Below the pieces are notes generated by a model. It saw only the letters and a program-made list of their open reading frames with translations, was not told where the DNA came from and did no database searches. A stretch of DNA of 64,000 nt. It comes from Eledone cirrhosa. Taxonomy: Eukaryota. Each line of letters begins with the position of its first letter. Position 1 is the stretch's first letter. Location of the stretch: assembly GCA_964016885.1 (NCBI GenBank), contig OZ024740.1:81778001-81842000 (forward strand), in the 5' to 3' direction. This document shows, piece by piece, positions 55,001 to 64,000 of the stretch. The position numbers and the translations under genes are program-made.

Positions 55001-57920
55001 ACTGGAAACTTAATTTGTCTTTACCGGCAAAAGAGGCTTACAGAGCCCGGATTAGCAGATTAGTTAAGGAGAGGTTGACGGGTGCAATCGTCAACAACCG
55101 ATGGTGGGCATCTCTCAAAAGAGAGATTAGAACAGAATCAATAAGTTATAGCAAGATGTTAGCTGCCGATAGGAATAGGAACGAGAAAGAATTAACAGGT
55201 AAATTAGAAGAGGCAATCAAGAGCGAAGATGTGGCCAGAGTGCTGGCATCGAGGACGGCCTTGAGCCAGTTTTTCGATGCAAAGCACGAATGCTGCGTCA
55301 TTCGAAGTAAAATACGTGCTCTAAGTAATGAGGGGGCCAAAGCCGTTGGCTGGGCCCGCGTGACAGAAGCTAAGAGTGGAAATCGATCCACCATCCGGTC
55401 TTTGCAAGACGAGGATGGACGGGTCATCCGGGAGCCTAAGCAGATGTGCGAGGCCTTTCAAAGGCACTTTGCCCGACTGTTCGGGGGAGGCGAGGGTCCG
55501 GGCGGGGACGTGGATTTCGGTCCATACCTCGACGGCCTGCCGCGTCTCTCGAGCGAAGAGGCAGAGTCCTGGGAAGGACCAATCTCGGCTGATGAGATCG
55601 GGGATGCGCTGAGCCAATGCAGCAGACGCAAATCTCCAGGTCTCGATGGTATACCTTACGAACTTTATTTAGCAATGCCGGTCTTCTTCTCCGAACTCCT
55701 CAAAGCAGTCTACTGCAATTGGCAGCAGAACGGGAGAATTCCTTGTTCTGTAGCCAAGGGCCTAGTCTTGCTGGTAAGGAAGGACGAGAACAAGGGGGAT
55801 ATATAAATAATTTTCGGCCCATAACCCTGCTAAACACAGAGTTAAAGATTTTGGCCTAGGTGTTAGCAAAGAGGTTGGCGCGTGTCATGGGTGGCCTGGT
55901 GGGAGATGCGCAGACATATGCTATCCCATCCAGGTCCATTCACGACACCCTCCACCTCATGCGATACATCATAGAGAGGGTTGGCAACAAACCCGGCTTC
56001 GGTGGGGCCCTGATCAACTTGGATCAGTCTAAGGCGTTCGATAGGGTCGACCATGGTTACCTGGATGCGGTGCTAGCGGCGGCTGGGTTCGGTCCTGGTT
56101 TCAGAGGCTGGATAACTGCCTTACATAGCAACCACATCTATTCTAGGATCAAGGTGAACGGTTACCTTTCGAAGTCGTTCGAAATCACACGATCCATTCG
56201 ACAGGGGTGCCCTCTCTCCTCCCTTCTGTACGTATTGACTCTCGAGCTTTTACTGAGGAAGTTGGAGTTGTTGCAGGGTATCCCCCTGGAACCAGGATTG
56301 AGCAAAGCGGTGTCGGCCTACGCTGATGACGTAACAGTAATGGTATCAACCGACACGGAGATCGAGGCGATCGGCACCTTACTGGAGGAATACGAAAGGT
56401 TGTCAGGAGCGAAACTGAACCGGGAAAAATCCATCGGGCTGCAACTCGGAACGTGGAGAGGCAGACCTATGCCTCCCGACGGTGTCGTCGGACACTGGAC
56501 GGAGGGCCCGGTGAAGTTGTTTGGGGTCTGGTTTGGACCGGACCTCCAGGTGGAAAAGAACTGGGGCGAGGTTACGAACAAGGTGTTTGCACTGACCCAG
56601 AAATGGGCCAAGTGTAAACTGTCCCTGAAAGGTCGAGCGGAGGTGGCGAACATTTACATAGCGTCCGTCACTTACTACCGCCTGACTGTCGTGGCTTGCC
56701 CTAAGGAAACACTCACCACCATGGAACGCATGCTCTTTCAATTTCTTTGGAGGAAGCGCCCTCCTATGTTGAGAAGATCCATCTGCTGCCAACAACCTTC
56801 GAAAGGAGGGATGGGGATGCCGTGGTTGATGATGCGTAGGCACGCATTAAGGCTACGGCACCTACAGGTATTCCTCACTGGTCAACCGGTGTGGGCTCCG
56901 TTCGTGAGACGAGCCTTTCCGAGACTCGTCTCGCTCACCGAGCTGCAGTCCTGGGTCAAGCAAAGATCCGGAAAACTGGGCGACTGGCACACTGAGTGTG
57001 CCCAGGCGCGCAGGGCTCTCTGGCAAGCGGACCTGGCCATCGGTGAAGAATCCCCCTCGTCATTCTATAGAGAGCTGGTGGCTAGCAGGGGCGATGACAC
57101 CCTTGGAGAGTCGCTGGACATGGAAGAGGACGAACTGGCCAGCCTGTTCAGTAGGACCTTCGGCCCGGGACCAATGGACAACTTCCAGAAGTCACTGGCC
57201 TGGCAGTGCTACCGGGGCGCTCTACCCGTTCGAGAAAAGCTCTTCAGACACAGGCGCCCAGGCAGGGATCCCTCGAAAAAGATTTGCCCTAGATGCGTGC
57301 GTCACGAAGAAACCGTTGCGCACGCATTGGTGCACTGTCTGGGCGTGGCTGATCTGTGGGGCTACGCCGAACGACTGCTGTCGCGGGTGGCGCCGATTCG
57401 ATTGACCGCTGAGTCCGTGATGACAATCAAGCCGCCTCCCCTCTTCACAAAGGAAGCAAAGGCGGTTTTTCTGTGCGTAATAGCCATGTTGTTGAAAGAA
57501 GTTGTTTGGTGGACACGATTGAAAGGTCTGAGGTCAGGCAACTTCCTCTCTGGCCATAGTCTGGTCTACTTCATCCGATATCACTTCGGAAGAAGGATAA
57601 GAATGGAGAGAGAGGTGCTTGGCCACAGGCAGTTTTATGAAAGGTGGGTGATAGTGGCGAGAATGGCTCGTGTAAATGGGCCTTCTCAGTATACCATCCT
57701 GTAGGTAAAGAAGTGAAAGAGAGGGGAGCACCTTCTCCATGTGCTCCCCGGGCAAAGGATTGCACACTTTTTCGGGGGTTTGTGCAACCCCCATCACGTC
57801 CCCTCCCTTTTGAGGTTGTTTTTGATTATTTTCATTTTATACCCTTTTTACTCGGTTTTATGTAAACTCCCCCTTTGTATTTGTCCCTTCTTTTTATACC
57901 TTTATGGTAAATAAAGAAAT
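52081..57920 (+). mobile_element. Tx1/L1-clade LINE, full-length, lightly decayed
   Basis: 5' UTR, broken ORF1 (ICAGRGHLKAACP knuckle) ending at 54231, ORF2 at 54265-57704, then a T-rich 3' UTR and AATAAA near 57910. Confidence 0.95.
54265..57704 (+). pseudogene. Tx1 ORF2 APE-RT, with a frameshift near 55800 and a TAG at 55857-55859
   Basis: YLNARGLG, ICET, GDWN, YLDR, TDH, SPGLDG, FRPITLLN, KAFDRVDH, IRQGCPLS, AYADDV and CPRC...ET..H...C. Confidence 0.95.
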
Positions 57921-57929
57921 ATATCTATA

Positions 57930-58960
57930 CTTGGCAATTCCTTCTTGACTTCTCCCACGACTCCACCCGGCTCTCATCCTTGTTCCCGTTCCCGCTGCAA
58001 CCCATGTCATTTCCAGCCTCACCAATCTTACAGGCGTAACGGGTCTTTCCGTATCCGCCACTCGTTCAGCTTCACATCCACCTACGTTGTCTATGACATC
58101 CGGTGTTCCCTTTGCGGGTGTTTATATATCGAACAAACGAGACGCTGTATGTCGGACCGTTTTGCCGAGCATTTGAGGGACATACGACACGGTTTCGATA
58201 CTCCTGTCGCCCGTCATTTCTGTTCTCCTGGTGATTCTTCCCTACATGTTTCAGTCAATGATGTTATTTTACATCATGGATCACAGGCCCAGTGCACCAG
58301 GACTGAACAAAGTCTGATTCACCGCCTTGGGTGCTATTCTCCCGTTGGACTCAACTCACTTCCTAAATTTCTTCAATACCCCATCCATTATCAGACCCCA
58401 AGATTCCTATCGCTTTCTCTTGATCATTAACATCTTCTCTTACAAATAATACAGGCCGACTATATATGCTCACTCCACTTTTCCCTTCACTGCTCTGTAT
58501 TCACACATACACACCTTTATATTAACATACTTTTGCTCATAGCTTCGTACTTACATGCACACACACTTTTTTACTCACATATACACACACATTTATTCCT
58601 AGCTTCATACGGAGGTATAATAACACACACACACACACATGCTTACGCACGTGCACTAGTATAGCTCTTTTAACAAAACGGTTTTTTTTCATTTCAGTTA
58701 GAAGCGCTCTATCATCCACTTTTCTAACAAATAAATCATACACAAAACGCCAGCACCAACAGTTTTGCAAGAGATGCCAACATAAATAGACCTGTTATAG
58801 TGATCTAAAGACATTTTTTCCAATTACAACCCGCCCATCCCATCAATCTATCTTATGTATCATTCTTCCTTATGATGAAGGACTAACGACCGAAACGTTA
58901 AACCCTCTTCCTGCTACATCAAGCGTTAACCTAATATATCCCTTCCATATACTGTACCGA
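57930..58960 (+). mobile_element. Penelope-like element 3' fragment (GIY-YIG) plus pLTR
   Basis: ORF 57945-58430 VVYDIRCSLCGCLYIEQTRR..SDRFAEH...PVARHF...GLN. Decayed HHR atgatgaagg...ccgaaacgtt near 58872-58900. Confidence 0.85.
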
Positions 58961-58983
58961 TGGCGTTTTTATTTCTGTTTACC

Positions 58984-59059
<76 letters not shown>

Positions 59060-59126
59060 GCACACACACACACACGCACACGCACACGCACACCCATACA
59101 CACACACACACACACACACATACACA

Positions 59127-59215
<89 letters not shown>

Positions 59216-59465
59216 TCTTTTACTTATTCCAACCATCCGCCTGAAGCCATGTTGGGGCACCGATAATAATGTCTCCATTGCGCTTATACCATTAAGTTCA
59301 CATGAAGATATGACACTATCTTAACACCAAATATATTTTATCTGACGAAAACGTACTTAAATATTAGTACCCTTGAAATACGTATAATGAAATAAATATG
59401 CTTTATAAAGGTATTTTCCATTTATTAATATTCTCTCTCTCTCCCTCTCTATCTCACTCTCTCTC

Positions 59466-59512
<47 letters not shown>

Positions 59513-59515
59513 TGC

Positions 59516-59560
<45 letters not shown>

Positions 59561-59563
59561 TGC

Positions 59564-59628
<65 letters not shown>

Positions 59629-61149
59629 TGCTATAAAAAGTACCTTAGAAAATATACATGTGGACGGATATCAGTAACTAACAGCTACTACAAAACACCG
59701 AACTCAGCATCTCTCAAATTCCATCTGAGTTCCTGAACCAGGGAACTAAGTCATCTAACCACGTATATAATCAATTTCGTTTAAGCAGTGAACATATTTC
59801 GATCATATTAGTACTCTAAGCGAATGATTTGCCTCGTAGCTAAATTTACTACCAGTGCGAATTTTGTTCCTCTCGTATACGATTCATGTACTCAGTGTAT
59901 TCTTCTCTGTTTCTTTTGTATCAAAAATGTTATAGACCTCTCATTAAGATGTCATAAATCAAAAGACGTCTATATTTCCTAAAGACAAATACCAAAAGAG
60001 AAAACATCTTCCTCAACAAAAGACCGCAGATGGTATATTGCAGAACGTACCAGATATATAAATGTTAATGTAAATATAAACATTAAACTTCGTTAAGAAA
60101 ATTGTTATCTCAGTTGCACAAGCACGGCATCTTCCTTCGGGTATTCAAGCATTTACTACAAGGATCCATCGCAACACATTTCCACACTATATAAGAAAAA
60201 ATCTTAGAAATGATTACATTAATTGAAAACTGTATTATTTTATAAAAATGCCACACAAAACATTGCACATAGTAATGGACGGTTTACTCATATCAGAATA
60301 TAAAGAAGAGATTAACACACAAATATCTCATACTTAAAATTAATTATTACTGCCTTGCTTCAACCATTGGAAAATCTTAAATCTGGCATCCATGATTTTG
60401 TATCTCTCACCTCATACATTATATACTCTGCAAAAAATACGACGAACACCTGACACCGATTTTTATCCTGATTCTGAAAATGGAGCCCTGTTGTCGTCGA
60501 AACGTAAAAGCACATTTTCATTTACGAACGCTGATATACAAAAGATCAGTATGAAGTGGGTTAGATACGAGGGTATTCCAGTTTACAAAAGAACGTGGTT
60601 GTGCTAGACCTGTTTTGATGTTGCTTGCTTGGGTCTGAAGTATAATGTTAATCTTCAGTATTAATATAGTGATGTTGATTAATGAAAGGCATTCATATGA
60701 GAGCTGTGTTCGTATATATATTACTATCTCTCGTATATTAATTAGCACTGGTACTAACAGAGCGTGAGTCACTTCAAATACAATTTTTTCAAAATTTGTA
60801 TTCATTGTCAATATGTTTACTCACTTGGTAATACGCTAACAGCGTATATTCGGAAATAATACAGTTATTGTGATGCTTATTTGCATACAGTGTGAGGATG
60901 GTGGGCTGGTATTAATTAGCAGTAGGATTAACACTCGCTATCATAGCTCTAGTGTTTGAGTTATTAGGCATTACATCGATTCACCTCAACGCCATTATTT
61001 ATTTCCGCAACCTATCTATTTGAATAAGTAAAACTTTACAGCTCACAAACTATATTAAATCATTCAACATATGTTCGACATAGTACGTGTTAGTTATCTT
61101 CTATTTCGAGAGTGATGTTGTGCCTTCTCAGTCTCTTATCACTGTAACA

Positions 61150-62500
61150 CTCCTTCCTCCTCTATTTTCTTCTATTCTTCCTCCATGTCGTCTTTCTCAT
61201 ATACATATTTTCAGCTGTTTAATCCTTTATTGTATCCGTATGACTATCATCATCGTCATCCTTTTCTCGTACTCCTCCTCCTCCGCTTCATCCTCCCCTT
61301 CTTCTATCACATCATCATCATCAGCACGATCAACATCATTACCATCATTATCATCGTTAACATTATATGATCGTACTGTCATGCTAGTGACAATATATGG
61401 CTATGATTAATTTACTGATAACGATGATGATGATGTCAAGGATGATGTCGATAATGATGATGATGGTAATGACGAAAATGTTGACGATAATGAAGAATAT
61501 GGGGATGATGATTGGTATGACGAATATAATCATTGCCATTTTTATCATCACCATCATCATCATTATAATCAATGCTACATTTTCCAGAGCATCATACTTT
61601 CCCTATTGTCCTAACCATCATCATCATAATCAATATTCTCATCGTCGCCCTCGACGACATTCTCAGTATTATCACTATCATCATCTCCCACGTCGTCTTT
61701 AAGGCGATTGCCACCAAAACGATCGTCGACATTCAAACTTTAATCAACGTCATCGATACATCTGCTACCATCAAATACACTGCCATCCGCTCTGTTATCA
61801 CTAGGATATCGATTTTTGTATTACATCGATGCCGCGTTCGACTTCATCAACCACTGCTAGCTTCACCAAATATTACGACATCCTTTCAGATTACAGATCA
61901 CATGTACTTTATACAAGTGTACAGCTCACCTCCCCAAACTAAGTCCCACATGTACTGAGTGAACTCCGCTCATTATAAAAGGATTTTGTTGTCAACGTTA
62001 TATATTTGTTCTACTTTTAGTTCCATATATTTGCTTTAGTTTGGAGTCTTAGTTTACCATAAATAAGAGTATTTTAAACGCACTCAGCATAAAGTTAAGA
62101 TGGAAGAGAGAAGAGAGAAGGATGAAGCGAAGATGAAATCCAACTAGAAATAGATTTTCAAGGAGGAAGAGGGAAAATGTAAAATGGGAATAGAAAAAAT
62201 AGGAAAAGAAATCTTCTTTGCAGTCATTTAAATTGCTGCAGCATAAACTGATAGCAAACGTTCAGCAAATAAGGAGATCGATTATACGCCTTCGTATTAA
62301 GTGTATATTCTAATATTATTCAGAATTGTTATTGTTGTCATTGTCAACGTCGTCGCTGTTATTGATGTAATAGTTGTCGTCGTCTTCTTCATTGCTGTTT
62401 TTGTTTTCGTCACCGCCATAGTTGTGGTTATTTTAGTTGTTGTTGATATCGTTGTTGCTGTATGTTGTAGTTGTTGGGATCATAGTAGTTGTTGTTAGAC
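61150..62500. repeat. Decayed (ATC)n/(ATG)n/(GTT)n low-complexity region
   Basis: Alternating CAT-rich and ATG-rich blocks. The ORFs here are compositional artefacts. Confidence 0.8.
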
Positions 62501-62650
62501 ACAAAATCGAGCTCTCATTATTCATTTATTATTTTACTAGTTTTTTTTTATATTAGATAGTGGCCAGGTTGGGCAGTGCTTTACATTGATTCAATCATAT
62601 TGATCTTAGTAATTATTTTATTATGTCCGGTAATATATGCGAATACACAA

Positions 62651-62767
<117 letters not shown>

Positions 62768-62817
62768 TATACAGGTGTACACCTATACACAGACACCCCA
62801 CCACATATATATATACT

Positions 62818-62997
62818 ATAATTGTTTCTACTTTAGGCACAGCAATTACCCAGTGCATTACTGGTACTTTATTTTATCGACCCCGTAGCGATGAAAGGCA
62901 AAGTCAACCTCGGCGGGATTTGAACTCAGATCGTAAAGGGACGTAACTATGCTGGAGAGCATGGTGTCCGACCCTCTACCGATACTGCCAATCCACC
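62818..62997 (-). mobile_element. tRNA-derived SINE, near full-length
   Basis: Minus strand has an A-box TGGCAGTATCGG, a B-box GAGTTCAAATCC and the core gactttgcctttcatc..cggggtcgataaaataaagtaccag. Further partial copies near 35440, 43850 and 47800. Confidence 0.85.
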
Positions 62998-63619
62998 AAG
63001 AAAGATAGTTTCAATTGTACATCCATATTTATTATGTTATAATTATTAAAAAGAATAATGCAGTTGTATAACAACTGCCATATGTGTTCTCTTCTGATCA
63101 AAATCAAAACATGTAAATGTTCATTGACATATCAATGGATATTTACATCTGGTTTGGATTTTTATCTTAAGAAAGCACGTAGAGCAGTAATTATACAACT
63201 GATTTACGTCTTTGAAATACGCATAACAAAATAAATAGGGAAGTACAAATGGAACCGTCTTTCTTGTTTATCATTATAATACAACTCAGGAGGTCCCAAA
63301 ACCAAGGAGTGCTTTACTTCTGTTAAGAAAAATTCGGCAGATTTTCGATCGACCAACTTTCTTCAATTGAATATATATATATATAAATATATATGTGAAT
63401 GTCTTCTTGTTTTTGAGTCCGTGTTCCTATATCTATATATAAAATACATATGTGAGTGTGTTTCTGTTTGTGAGGGCATGTGCGTATATATATATATATA
63501 TAGCTGTCAAAACGGCCGAAGCTCAGTCGTTGGGGGTCCTGATTCTTTTCCTATATATATATATATATAAAGAATGAATAATAACAGGTAGACATTATAA
63601 AAAGGTAATTTATTCTGTG

Positions 63620-63729
63620 TGCTTACAAATGTTTCCACGGTGGTTATACAGCCTAGTTATGCTATGTGCAAATTTATAACTATTTGCAAAACTCAATTAT
63701 CAAATGGTGACCACTGTATCATCAGAGCA
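63620..63729 (-). ncRNA. Type I hammerhead motif with long stem II insert
   Basis: Minus strand reads tgct-CTGATGA-tacagtggt...accaccgtg-GAAA-catttg-TA-agca, followed by AATAAA. Confidence 0.75.
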
Positions 63730-64000
63730 GAATGGTTAAAATGTACAATGTAAATCCCCTTAAGTGAGGTTATTGGTGAAGATAGAGTAGAAAAGGAAGA
63801 GAGAAAAGAAGTGGAGAGGAAGAGTGAGAGAAAGATATGCAGGGGTTGAGAAATGGGAGAGAGTGGTTTGTAGATATCTTAATCAAAATGTTGTGGTAGG
63901 GGTTTTATTATACTAGTTACTCTTAAAGCGACCACCTTAAGCGATGGTGGTATTTAAGATAAAGTACAGAACCTAATATGCAGCATTGTGTGTGCCGACA

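Noticed and set aside
60425-60512. gacga...tcgtc-GAAACGTA hammerhead-like half
   Set aside because: No properly placed CUGANGA box or stem I.
60518-60811. 97-aa minus-strand ORF or possible terminal exon
   Set aside because: No recognisable domain, a weak acceptor context and no supporting exons.

Overview
AT-rich eukaryotic DNA packed with transposable elements and (TA)n/(CA)n/(TAA)n microsatellites. The SINE and repeat landscape looks like an octopod cephalopod genome (inference). No host protein-coding gene can be supported, and most short ORFs in the track are microsatellite or antisense artefacts. Recognisable contents: three Tx1/L1-clade LINEs, a near-intact 6.1-kb Helitron (TC...CTAG at an A|T site), a full-length hAT transposon with a perfect 8-bp TSD, two decayed Tc1/mariner elements, RTE, CRE and Dong/R4 LINE fragments, tRNA-SINE copies, solo-LTR-like elements and several Penelope-like (GIY-YIG) relics. 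The main hidden signal is RNA structure: about a dozen type I hammerhead-ribozyme (HHR) motifs, intact to decayed. These include a non-coding ~432-441 bp tandem unit at two loci with one HHR per unit and an octamer ATGCAAAT, a retrozyme / newt-satellite-2-like element, one copy of which starts at the predicted self-cleavage site. Second, the ORF1 stop codon of all three Tx1 copies lies inside a splice-donor consensus. All calls are by eye; no searches were run.
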